Below the pieces are notes generated by a model that was given only the letters and a program-made list of their open reading frames with translations, was not told where the DNA came from and made no database searches. A stretch of 64,000 bases of DNA from Octopus sinensis (Eukaryota): NCBI RefSeq assembly GCF_006345805.1, contig NC_043003.1:95976001-96040000 (forward strand). Direction: 5' to 3'. How positions within the stretch are numbered: the stretch's first letter is position 1; each line of letters starts with the position of its first letter. A program made the translations under genes and the position numbers. Shown here piece after piece: positions 51,187-63,325 of this stretch.

Positions 51187-51407
51187 GCCTTTTGTTACCA
51201 ACTCGGCCAAAACCGGCTCTAGCTCTGTAGTAGAAATGTCTTGTTTTCATAAGTTTTTCATTAAACTATACCACCAAATCTTAGTTGCAATTTATGTTCC
51301 TAACACTCGCTTAATGATAATTAAATTATTTTACTAAATTCTTTGTTATATTTAAAATAATTGAAAGAAACACAGAGCATCTCAAAATAAATACAGTAAC
51401 GAAAGGG
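51187..51407 (+). mobile_element. piggyBac-type MITE (left end degenerate)
   Basis: Interior homologous to 8375-8595, right end GTAACGAAAGGG-TTAA. Confidence 0.78.
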
Positions 51408-52473
51408 TTAAAGTATTCGTTAGGTTTCTGATTATGATCATTTTTCAATCAGTGTAATGGTGAATACTGTAAAAATCCATATAATTTGCACACCTGTGTA
51501 ATTTACACAGGTGATTTTCAGGATAAAATTTGTTAATAAAGCTTCTACTCTTGTAAAATTCACACCCAAAAGTTTTCAGAATTGCCAATATAACCAGGGA
51601 GAAAAGGTTTTCAGTTTTGTTGTACTTAGCATAATGTCACTTACTAATTAGATTTTATTAAATTTTCATTAAATAAAACAATTAAATAAAACAGTTATCA
51701 CATTGAAACCTATTAAATTACAAAGTGCTGGTGTTGTTTATAATAAACTTTATTTTATATTTCTTGCCCACAAAAGATTATATATGATCTTTGGCATACT
51801 GCTGTATGTCTTCTCAAATCATGATCACAGGAAAAGTTGTTGATAAGAATTATGAACAAAAACAAAGCTGAAAAGTCAATTATCAGAATTCTGGTCGGTT
51901 GAAAGCATCTTCTTGTCTCAAGCTCTGATTTTCTACCTATTCTTGTCAGAACCTTTGATACATCAGACTTCAAAAAGTAGTTAACCGTTTAACAGTTTTA
52001 GTAAATTTATACAGTAAAAGTAAGCATTATACCGTCCAGCATAAATAAAAGTCAACTTCATTATAGTTCAGTCCTTATTTTTTCAGTAAAAACGTATTCT
52101 GACATTAAATGAGTCAACTTCCGGTACAAATATTTGTTTTGTATGCCTTTTTTCAACAAAAAAACTTTAAAAAAAATTCTGGAAATGATCTACTCTAGTA
52201 ATTTACACATCCCTAAAGTTTATTTTTATTTTTACGAAAAAGTGTGTAAATTACATGCGTTTTTACGGTATTTTCCTCCTAGTTGATGATGACAAGGTGT
52301 TCTTCTCCAGATGTTATAGTCACAGCCATGTTATTTGGAAGAATATATTAGAATTTTATTATTGGCTTAAGTGTAAGAAATGCTGATTAATGGTTATGAA
52401 TAGTTGCCTAGCGAGGTTTGAATTCACCATTACTGGTTTCATTGTAGAAATATAAATATTGGCTTCAGAATAT

Positions 52474-52865
52474 GGGATGGATGGAAGTACTCCGTCGATT
52501 TCGACGATGAGGGTTCTGGTTGATCCGAATCAACGGAACGGCCCGCTCGTGAAATTAACGTGTAAGTGGCTGAGCACTCCACAGACACGTGCACCCTTAA
52601 CATAGTTCTCGGGGATATTCAGTGTGACACAGACAGTGACAAGGCCGGCCCCTTGAAATACAGGTACAACAGAAACAGGAAGTAAGAGTGAGAGAAAGTT
52701 GTGGTGAAAGAGTACAGCAGGGATCACCACCATCCCCTGCTGGAGCCTCGTGGAGCTTTTTAGGTGTTTTCGCTCAATAAACACTCACAATGCCCGGTCT
52801 GGGAATCGAAACCGCGATCCTATGACCGTGAGTCCGCTGCCCTAACCACTGGGCCATTCGCCTCC
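52474..52865 (-). mobile_element. tRNA-derived SINE, family C head + tail type 2, full length
   Basis: 14-bp TSD TGGCTTCAGAATAT at 52460-52473 and 52866-52879; B-box GGTTTCGATTCCC. Confidence 0.9.
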
Positions 52866-54734
52866 TGGCTTCAGAATATAACTATAGTTAAAACATGTGT
52901 TTTATTCGAGATAATCCTGTCTACTAAAGATACAAGGACTGAAATTATGGGGGAGGGGACTAGCTGAATACATCGACCCCAGTGTTTCACTGGTACTTAA
53001 TTTATCAACCCTGAAAAGATAAAAGGCAAAGTCGACTTTGGTAGAATTTGAACTCAGAACATAAAGATGGATGAAATGTTGCTAAGAAGCTAACGATTCT
53101 GCTAGTGTTTTATTCAAGATAATAATTACAACTGAATGGAAGAGAAAATTCTCTGAACCAGTCCTATGAATTTCAACACTTTCCAGTGGCTAATAGCATC
53201 AAAGAAAAAGGATTTCTGCTTGAATAATGCAGAATATACCAGCTTTTTATACGCAAAACATAAACATGTGTATGAGTGCATGCATTTACAAAACAGTCAG
53301 TCACTGATAAGTTTATATTTCATCATGATACAATAAGTGTAATCAAGTAAATGACATGTAGATGTTATAATGATATGGCAGAATTCAACAGTAAACACCA
53401 TGAAATATCTTTCTAACAGATGGTTGAATCAAATAGCAGGTTGAGGGTAAAACAAATGCGAGTAGAATAACAATTGAAATATCTTTAATTCAAGAACTGG
53501 AAATACATACAAATATAGACACATATAGATATCAGTCTGGCTGTCTTTCTGGTTACATGTCTGGCTGTCTTTCTGGTTACATGTCTGGCTTTCTGCCAAT
53601 ATTTCTCTTTATCTTTCTTTTATCTTTTACTTATTTCAATTATTGGACTGCAGCCATGCTGGTACACTGCTCTGGAGGGTTTTAGTTTGACAGATCATCT
53701 CATGCCAAGGAAACAGTGAATAAAACATTCACTGACATTGCAAATAGCTGCCAGGCTGAATAAAAATTCAGTGTATGCAATTAAAATAGTATCAAATTAA
53801 TGTAGCAATCTATAGAGCAGAAGTATTATGTCCTGTCTGAGTTTATTAGTACCTAAAAAAATTCAATCTCAAAAATTTAGTATATTTTGTATAAATTACT
53901 TTAAAAAGATGCTGTCAAATTTTATTCACTCAGAAATATTGCATCCTCTCTATCTAAGAGACAGTTTAAAGTTGAGCAATGGTTTGTGAGTGAACTTGGC
54001 AAATGGTAAACTATGTGGGAGCCTTTGATGAGTGTGTGTGCGTGTGTGTGTATGTGTGTGTGTGTATGTATGTGTTGTGTTTCTCCTCCCACCCACCACT
54101 TTTAACTATTGGTGTTGACTTGTTTAAATCCCCTTAACTTCGAGGCTAGGCAAAAGAGAATGACAGAATAAATACCATACTTAAAATCCAAAACAAAACT
54201 GAAAAAAAAATGTAAGTTCTGGGGTCAGTTTGTTTGAATAAAACCCTTCAAGGTGGGGCCCCAGCATGGTTGCACTCTAATGACTGAAACATGTAAAAGA
54301 TGAAGAAAAAAATGAAATAGAGTACAATAAAAAAAAACAAGCAAGCAGAATCTAAAATGAATTTTTATTCTTTAACATTTTCAATTTTCTCACAAAACAT
54401 GATTTTCTTTTCTAAACACTGTTTTAATTTTTATAATTACTTACTGCAAAGCAATTATTTTCCTGGTCAGTAAATGTTTTCAATGTTTATAACTGTGCTT
54501 AAGGTGGATATACAGTATTCTTAGATGTTTATGTCTGGAACTAAAAATAACAAATTTCATTAAAGTCACAAAGTCTATGACTTTCTCCTTGAGAAGATGT
54601 ACCACTATGTGAGTTTTCGGTCTACTAGCTGCAAGCAAGCAAGTAGCTTACAACATGGAACACATGCACACACACACACACACACACACATGTATATATG
54701 TATAAATGTATATGCATATGTATGTGTTTATATA

Positions 54735-55630
54735 TTGGGTCATCCCATAAATAATGCAGTTTTTTCAATTGCTTGAACTAAAAGTTGTAGGAAGATGAGA
54801 TAAACTACTTGCATCAACTTGTTATAAAAGTAGGTAGTAATTTTACTTTGTCCTTATTCTTAGTGCAAGTTTTGGAGAGTGCAGCTCGATTTTAACAGTT
54901 ATTTTTTTCAAAACTATAATGGAAATGATAAGGGTGCACATCCAGCATATTTTGCTTTATGAGTTCAATAAAGGCAACAACACAACAGAAAGTGCAAGGA
55001 ATATTAATACAGTATATGGGGATAGGACAATAAGCATAAGCCAATGTCAATGGTAGTTTCAGAAATTCCAAGCCAGAAACTACAGCCTAGGAAATGAGTT
55101 TCATCTTGGAAGATCTGTAGAGCTCGACAAGGATTCTTGCAAACCTTGGTGGAACAGTATCCCAGCACAACTGTTGAGGAACTAGCAGAGAAGCTTGGAT
55201 TTAGTCATTCAACCAGTCATTCAAATCAGTTCTAGAAATAAAACGACCAACTTTGGTTTCAGGATACTGCTCAGCCACATACAGTGAGGATGACATTCCA
55301 AAGGCTGGAGGAGTTTGAATGGGAAACGATGCTCCACCCACCATACTCGACAGACATTACCTCATCTAATTATCATTTTTTCTGCAGTCTTCAAAATCAT
55401 TTCGATGGAAACAATATGAATTCTGTAGATGAGGTCAGGACAGTACTGGAGGAATATTTTTCCTCATAGACAAGTGAATTTTGTACAACGGGCCTTGCAA
55501 GTCTACCAGACAGATGGAAGAGCATTCTAGAAAATGAAGGAGAGTATATTTTAGATTAAAAAAGAAATTTGTTTATTTTAATGTTGAAAAATAAAAGAAG
55601 TATACAAAAACCCATTATTTATGGGACGAC

Positions 55631-55634
<4 letters not shown>
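54735..55634 (+). mobile_element. Internally deleted mariner (900 bp) with both TIRs
   Basis: TA-TTGGGTCATCCCATAAATAATG...CATTATTTATGGGACGACCCAA-TA. ATG 54919, HTH region, deletion near 55225 removing WVPHEL and the first D, then HPPYSTDITSSNYHFF and stop at 55557. Confidence 0.9.
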
Positions 55635-55676
<42 letters not shown>

Positions 55677-55709
55677 GTGTGTGTGTGTGTGTGTGTGTCT
55701 ATGTATGTA

Positions 55710-55772
<63 letters not shown>

Positions 55773-56049
55773 TCATATATATATGTGTGTGTATAAATTT
55801 CATATATATATGTGTGTATAAAGAGAAAAAATGTGCATATATATATATATGCACATTTTTTCTCTCTATTTTTCCCCCTCAATCCTTTCTGTTGAAGAGC
55901 ATAAGCTCGTAGGCTTGAAATGTCAGTCTTTTTCATTCTTCCTGAGTGTTAAACTAATACACCTTCTTGTTGTTCCTTCACTTGTCTTCGTCTTTTGTTT
56001 TCTGTAAATTTGAACAATATATATATATATATACACATATATATATACA

Positions 56050-56762
56050 TATATGGAGCAGGTAGGGAGGTGTGTTTCCAATGAGTGGATATCTCTTTGT
56101 CTTTGGTTCAAAGCCAGCACTCATCCTGGGTTAGGGAGCGTTCAAGGAAACCAGCTGGATCTGCCTCAGATTTTCTGATGATAGGATCAGCCTGGTGTGT
56201 TTTTGATCAGGTATCAGAAGACATGACCCCCACCAAGCAGAAATGTTTGTCATGCCGAGTTCTTTGTGCAGAATATTCTCGACACTCTCATGGGATATGC
56301 TAACAGCATTGGCTATTTGATTTATAGTCAATCGCCTGTCATCCATCACCATGTGATGAACATGATCAATGTTTTCTTTGGTGATGGCAGTTGCAGAATG
56401 TCCAGACTTTGGGACATCTTCGAGACTCTTCCTTCCCCTCCTAAATTCAACTGCCCACTTTTGTACTATTGATAATGCTGCAGTATCATCCCCTAATGTA
56501 GTAATCCTGTCAGCATGAATATCCTTGGTGGTTAAACCCTTTTTTGCAGGTGCTTGATAATACCACAATGCCAAATGTTGTCGATTTTCAAGAGAAGCTG
56601 CTACTGGTTACTTTTGAAGTCTTTGAATAGTGAGATGTCAGTTAAGATGGAAAGAAACAATGCAGTTATTAAGAAGAGGATTTGAATCTAATGCATACAA
56701 GATTTCACAGCCCTAGCATCACTCCTTCATAGTCAGCCTATGAACTTTTCAGCTCACTCTCA
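56050..56762 (-). mobile_element. 5' half of a mariner (irritans-like) element
   Basis: ORF 56131-56574 with VQKWAVEFRRGRKSLED..SG, DRRLTINQIA and SAWW (SARWVP-like). TIR-like GAGTGAGCTGAAAAGTTCATAGGCT at the right end. Confidence 0.8.
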
Positions 56763-56879
56763 AGTGTGTATGTGTGTATGTATGTATGTATGTATATATA
56801 TATATGTATGTATGTATGTATGTATATATATAATGTATGTATGTATGTATGTATGTATGTATGTATGTATGCATCTATG

Positions 56880-56922
<43 letters not shown>

Positions 56923-57047
56923 ATACATATATATATATATAAATATAAATCTCATTCTGAGATTTAATAATGCTATATATATATCGTTTGTAGAAAACAT
57001 ATCCAGACAAGAAGCACAGTTTAAGATGTAGAGCAGTATATATTTTT

Positions 57048-57276
57048 CTGGGGAAGGCCGGTTTATAGGATTACCCTGGGTTTCTTGTCCCTAAAGGTCT
57101 AATTTTATGGCATATCACTAGACCCCAAAACCTGTTGGCCTAAGACCTTTTCAACTTAAGACCATATTTTGTCGAGGTCTTAGGCCAACAAGTTTTGGGG
57201 TCTGACAATACACCATAAAGTTAAATCCTTTATGAAAGGGAAACCCAGAGTAATCCCATAAACTGGCCTTCCCCAG
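57048..57276. mobile_element. Foldback MITE with ~100-bp arms
   Basis: 57048-57148 pairs with 57175-57276 (CTGGGGAAGGCC...GGCCTTCCCCAG), with AT-rich flanks. Confidence 0.8.
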
Positions 57277-57555
57277 TAAATATATATATATATAATGCCA
57301 TCGTCATCATCATTTAATGTCTGTTTTTCATGCTGGCATGGGTTGGACAGTTTGACCAGAGCTGGTAAAGACAGAGACCACATCAGGCTCCATTGTCTAT
57401 TTTGGCTTGGTTTCTACAGCTGGATGCCCTTCCTAATGCCAACCACACCACAGGGTGTACTAGATGCTTTTTATGTGGCACCAACACCAACACCAACACC
57501 AATTCTGCTGTGGCACACAGAATATATATGTACATATATATATGTATATATATAT

Positions 57556-57603
<48 letters not shown>

Positions 57604-57624
57604 TCGCCAAGAAAGATTTTGAAA

Positions 57625-57687
57625 CCACCTGATGAATGACTGCGACTCAAAAATTTGATGACAGCAGACAGGAAACGATCGTAGTGG
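57625..57687 (+). ncRNA. Type I hammerhead ribozyme (GUA site)
   Basis: CCAC-CTGATGA-A-TGACTGC...GCAGACA-G-GAAACGATCGTA-GTGG. Helix III is the palindrome ACGATCGT; cleavage after 57683. Confidence 0.68.
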
Positions 57688-57958
57688 ATATTAATTATAT
57701 TTTTTAATAATTGTTACATATTTAAATAATATAAATTAATTTATGTATTGGCTTAAGTCTTTCATTGTTTGATTTGCCTAATAGTGGTTTTGTCTCTAAT
57801 TTAATATAATATATATATATATATATATATACATATATATACACTTACGATTTCAGTGGCGTACTCCGGAAGAAAGGTAACAGTAATCCGTAGGTGTAAA
57901 AATCCAGGAATTGGTATCCAAGGCACTCAGAAGGCCGGGGTCCATGTGAGCATGCAGT

Positions 57959-58265
57959 ATATAAAGTTAATCCAAACAAGAAAGCACAAAAAAAAAACAC
58001 AACAACGCGAGGACGTGGAACAAGTATAGTATTATTGGATGCTCAGGAAAGATGTGACCGCGTGTGTACCGTTGGCGATTTTTTTTCCTCTGTCTTCCCT
58101 TCTGTGGATCTTTCCTTCTCCTATGTTTCTGACGAAGAGCTCCGCTCGAAACGTTAAACCCTTCTTCTTTCCTTCTTTCCTGAGCGTCCAATAATACTAT
58201 ATTTGTTCCACGTCCTCACGTTGTTGTGTTTTTTTGTGCTTTCTTATTTGGATCAACTTTATATA
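57959..58265 (+). mobile_element. ~210-nt minimal-hammerhead element with an inverted partial copy
   Basis: 57959-58051 is the reverse complement of 58175-58265; monomer 58052-58265. Confidence 0.82.
58125..58159 (+). ncRNA. Minimal (dimer-type) type I hammerhead
   Basis: GTTT-CTGACGA-A-GAG(CTCCG)CTC-GAAACGTT-AAAC. Confidence 0.65.
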
Positions 58266-60719
58266 TACACATACAAATGCATATACATATACATATTTTT
58301 CGTGCACACACATATATATGACAAGGTTGAATCAAATCCTAAGACTAATGCCTGTGCAAGAAAGACAAAGTGGCAAAATTCGGATTGATGAGATTTGTAC
58401 ACTAAAGTGTGTGGTACTGAAATAGATATTGTAAAACTCTCTCACACACACACATACATTCATACACACACACACATATACACTCATGCCACATATAGAC
58501 ACTTTTGATAGAAAATATAATACCATGTATCATCTTATAATGATATTTCAACGAAGCCACAGTTCCATCTGAAGCTTTTTCCTCTGATTTAACAACAAAA
58601 TGATTTTTCATTCATTCTTTCTTATCTTCCAAATCTCAAACAATGCATATGAGGTGTTTCAGAAGCTCTCTTCTGTTATCAATAAGGAACTTATCTGCAG
58701 CTTTGAAAGGATAATGGATAATATATAGCTAAAGATAATAACTTACAAGATTACTTATCTTCAAGAAAAAAATAAAGCCCAAATCCTCAAATCCCAAAGT
58801 CTAAAAACAACACACACACACACACACACACACACAAAGAGCTCACGTATCATCCCTTTAAAGATTTCTTCTGAAAGAATGCTGATTTCCAATCCCAACT
58901 ATGGTATCAAAGCATTTCTTAGAATGCTTTGATATTACCTTTTTCAGGAATATACAAAAACCTGGGATTAATTTTTATAAAGGGACGCAATGATAAAGAG
59001 TTTTGTTACTCGTATTTTAGTGAAATAAAACCTTTCAAGAAAATAAAAAAAGAGAAATATAAGAGAAAGAAAAAGGGGAAAAAGAAATAAAGAAGCACTT
59101 TTAGCTTGGACTAAATAAATAAATTGTTGACTCAATATTCCAAGCAGTAAACACTACTTCAGTCTTTGCAATTAGGATGAGTTATCAAGAGAAATTCTAT
59201 ATTGTCATACAACTTACCTGTGTGTCAGGTGAATGACTTTATTATACATCAGAGCAGGCCAGAGTTATTCAACTGTTATGCTGTTATTTTGACACAGTAA
59301 ATAGTTTTCACATGGTTTGTTTTAGTCTAAACACTGGTTTGTTGTAATACAAAAAAAAAGAAGTATTCTGAAACATAAACAAAGGGGGCAGGGGTTTCTT
59401 TCTTTTTTCTTTTTTTTTTTTGTCTATCTGCGTTATCAACTTTGAATTACTCATGACAGGTATTTATACATTGTTATTGTCATCATCATCATCATCGTCA
59501 TCATCGTCGTCGTTGTCGTCTTCGTCATTGTCGTCATCCTTGTTGCCATCATCATCATCATTGTTGTCACCACTATCATCATCATCGTCACTGTCACCAC
59601 CACCACAACACCATCATTCTCATCACCACCACCCTTTTAATGTTCAGTTTCTATGCTGACATTGGTTTGAACAGTTTTTACTGGATTCAACGACTCAGAG
59701 GTTTATGTCCATCCTACAGCATCTACTCTGGTATGGTTTCTATGGTTGGATGACCTTCCTAATGTCAACCACTTTACAGAGTGTACTGGATGCTTGTTTT
59801 TTTTTTTTCCTTTTTCCTATGCGGTACCACCATTAGTGTGAAGTTCACCTCATAACTTGCAAAGCTACGAGCCCAGAGTAGTCTCTATAATTAAGGGAGA
59901 ATAGCGTAAGTAAGATGAAAGGAACAGATTAATAGTTGTAAAAGGGTGGTAGTAGAGAGAGTAAAACAAGGGAGTAGTATGGAAGGAATTGATTGAGTGG
60001 AGGAGAAAATATCTTCAGCAAAAATACGCTGATTAAAATCCCCCATCACTAATTTGCCATTCATTTCAACCCATGTTTATATATATATCCCAAGGGCGAA
60101 ATAAAATCAGAAGACCAGAAGGAAATAGTTGGAAGTTGTTATGTTCAATGTATAAATGATGAAGAAAATACTTATTGATTAGATCTGCTGACATGAAAAA
60201 TAGGATCTGAAACAAACAGATCTTGTTCGTTCATTCATTAATTTTATGCCTCATTTTCCCTTGCTTGTATGAGTTGAACTGATATGTTATTTGAGGCATT
60301 GTTTTATAGGCGCATACATCCTACTTAATACTGACCCTTACTTGTTTCTCAAGTAAGGGACCACTTATTCTACACAGCTTCGAAAGCATGAAGTGCTCGG
60401 GAAATGAGAAATTGAAAACAATACTGCTTACAATGATTCAGTGATTGTAGATGAAGGTCAAAACACACACTCACAAACACACACACACACACAAATACAC
60501 AAACACACACATGCATGCATGCATGCACACACACACACATACATGTATATATTGTATATTGGGGGTATGTGAGACTGTGGTTTAGGGTTCAGTCCCATTG
60601 TGACACATTCAGCAAATGTTTACTTCTATAGCTCTGGGCCAACCAAAGACTTGTGAGTGGTTTTTGGTTGAGAGAAACTGGATGGAATCCCAGTGTGTGT
60701 GTGAATATGTGCGTTTGTT

Positions 60720-60750
<31 letters not shown>

Positions 60751-60773
60751 ATACATATATATATATATATACA

Positions 60774-60807
<34 letters not shown>

Positions 60808-61260
60808 GTAGCTGTGTGGTAAGTAGCTTGCTTACCAATCACATGGTTCTGGGTTCAGACCCACTCTGTGGCACCTTGGGCAAGTGTCTTCTACTATAGC
60901 CTCAGGCTGACCAAAGCCTAGTGAGTGGATTTGGTAGACGGAAACTGAAAGAAGCCCATCGTATATATATATATATATGTAATATATATATTATATATAT
61001 ATAATATATATATATATACATACATATGTGTGTGCGTGTGTGTGTTTGTGTATCTGTGTTTATTCCCCCAACATTGCTTGACAACCGATGCTGGTGTGTT
61101 TACGTCTCCGTCACTTAGCAGTTTGGCAAAAGAGACGAATAGAATAAGTACTGGGCATACAAAGAATAAGTACTGGGGTCGATTTGCTTGACTAAAGGCG
61201 GTGCTCCAGCATGGCCGCAGCCAAATGACTGAAACAAATAAAAGAATAAAAGAATAAAGA
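60808..61260 (+). mobile_element. tRNA-derived CORE-like SINE, family B
   Basis: Same head, core and tail as 27712-28112, with an expanded internal microsatellite. Confidence 0.85.
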
Positions 61261-61271
61261 ATATATATATA

Positions 61272-61682
61272 TATAATTCACTAGTTATCGTTATAGATAT
61301 TTAAGATCTATTCTCCCTTACAGGGCTGATAGAAATTGGCTGCCGATTCTTCGCGCCCTTCTCTCCCCCTCTTTTTACATTGTCTGTCTGGACTCCTATG
61401 CATACTTAAGCTAGTATCCTGCCTCATTCTTGATTCCGAATTCCTTTTGCCAAGACTGTCCGTAAACGAAGTGATCCCAAGATAAGAAATCCTTGAACTT
61501 TAATTCATCCGTATTTCTATTTATTAATTATTATTATTATTCTGATCCCCCTAGACGCCACTCTGTTTACTATTTCAGCCTCGCCTCGTTTTTGCATATT
61601 CTGTATAATTCACTAGTTATCGTTATAGATATTTAAGATCTATTCTCCCTTACAGGGCTGATAGAAATTGGCTGCCGATTCT
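61272..61682. repeat. 79-bp exact direct repeat, period 332 bp
   Basis: 61272-61350 equals 61604-61682. Confidence 0.9.
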
Positions 61683-61764
61683 CGCGGCGCGCCCGCCCTC
61701 CCCACCCCCACCACCAATACCGAATATCTCTATTTTGCTCCAACTATACCGGATGTCGTTTCTC

Positions 61765-62570
61765 CCACCACCATTATAGGTGTCTACTCTTTGAACCCCC
61801 CTCTTCAATACGCTATTTCACCATGCATTACTCCTCTCTCGATATCCTACGTTCTACTTGCCTAGAACCTGTCCTCTGAACCACCCCTCCCACTGGTGTT
61901 CCCCTCACCCCTCCCACTGGTGTTCCCCTATATTTCTGCACCCCCCCCACCACCATTATAGGTGTCTACTCTTTGAACCCCCCTCTTCAATACGCCATTT
62001 CACCATGCATTACCCCTCTCTCGATATCCTACGTTCTAATTGCCTAGAACCTGTCCTCTGAACCCACTGGTGCTTCCCTATATTTCTGCACCCCCCCCCA
62101 CCACCATTATAGGTGTCTACTCTTTGAACCCCCCTCTTCAATACGCTATTTCACCATGCATTACCCCTCTCTCGATATCCTACGTTCTACTTGCCTAGAA
62201 CCTGTCCTCTGAACCACCCCTCCCACTGGTGCTCCTCTATATTTCTGCACCCCCCCCACCACCATTATAGGTGTCTACTCTTTGAACCCCCCTCTTCAAT
62301 ACGCTATTTCACCATGCATTACCCCTCTCTCGATATCCTACGTTCTACTTGCCTAGAACCTGTCCTCTGAACCACCCCTCCCACTGGTGCTCCCCTATAT
62401 TTCTGCACCCTCCCCACCACCATTATAGTGTCTACTATTTGAAGCCCCCTCTTCAATACGCTATTCACCATGCATTACCCCTCTCTCGGTATCCTACGTT
62501 CTACTTGCCTAGTACCTGTCCTCTGAACCATCCCTCCCACTGGTGCTCCCCTATATTTCTGCCCCCCCCC
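61765..62570. repeat. Minisatellite: five copies of a ~158-bp unit
   Basis: CCACCACCATTATAG starts at 61765, 61947, 62098, 62256 and 62414. Confidence 0.9.
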
Positions 62571-62806
62571 ATAAAAAGCACCATCCGAACGTGGCCGATG
62601 CCAGACCCCTCTGGCACCTGTGCAGGTGGCACGTAAAAAACACCCACTACACTCGCGGAGTGGTTGGCGTTAGGAAGGGCATCCAGCTGTAGAAACACTG
62701 CCAGACTAGACTGGAGCCTGGGGCAGTCCCGAGCTCCCCAGACCCCGGTCGAAACCGTCCAACCCGTGCTAGCGCGGAAAACGGACGTTAAATGATGATG
62801 ATGATT
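62570..62806 (+). mobile_element. RTE 3'-end fragment
   Basis: GTGGTTGGCGTTAGGAAGGGCATCCAGCTGTAGAAAC...GGACGTTAAATGATGATGAT. Confidence 0.85.
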
Positions 62807-62814
62807 TATATTTA

Positions 62815-62858
<44 letters not shown>

Positions 62859-63143
62859 TGTAAATTTAAAATAATAAGGGTGAAAAATTTAATATTAATT
62901 TGATTAATATCAATTTAAAACCAGCGGTCTAGCATATTGCAAAATCTGAAGATTCAGAAAAATTATATTACATACATAAAAGAGGGATGACCACTAAGTG
63001 GACATCCATTATGCTAGGAGTAGACACCCTATGGATTGTTCTCAAGAAAATTAGCAAACGCCAGAATGTAAGCTCGCTTTTAGCATAATGGATGTCCACT
63101 TAGTGGTCATCCCTCTAATATGTATGTAATATATATATGTATA

Positions 63144-63185
<42 letters not shown>

Positions 63186-63291
63186 TATATATATATATAT
63201 ATATAATATATGTGTGTGGTGTGTGTGTGTGTGGTGTGTATATATATGTGTGTATATATATATGTATGTAATATATATATATATATATATA

Positions 63292-63324
<33 letters not shown>

Positions 63325-63325
<1 letters not shown>

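Noticed and set aside
51755-52125. 72-aa ORF with a hydrophobic stretch and nearby AP-1/ETS-like motifs as a promoter
   Set aside because: Short motifs are expected by chance, and there is no homology or transcript evidence.
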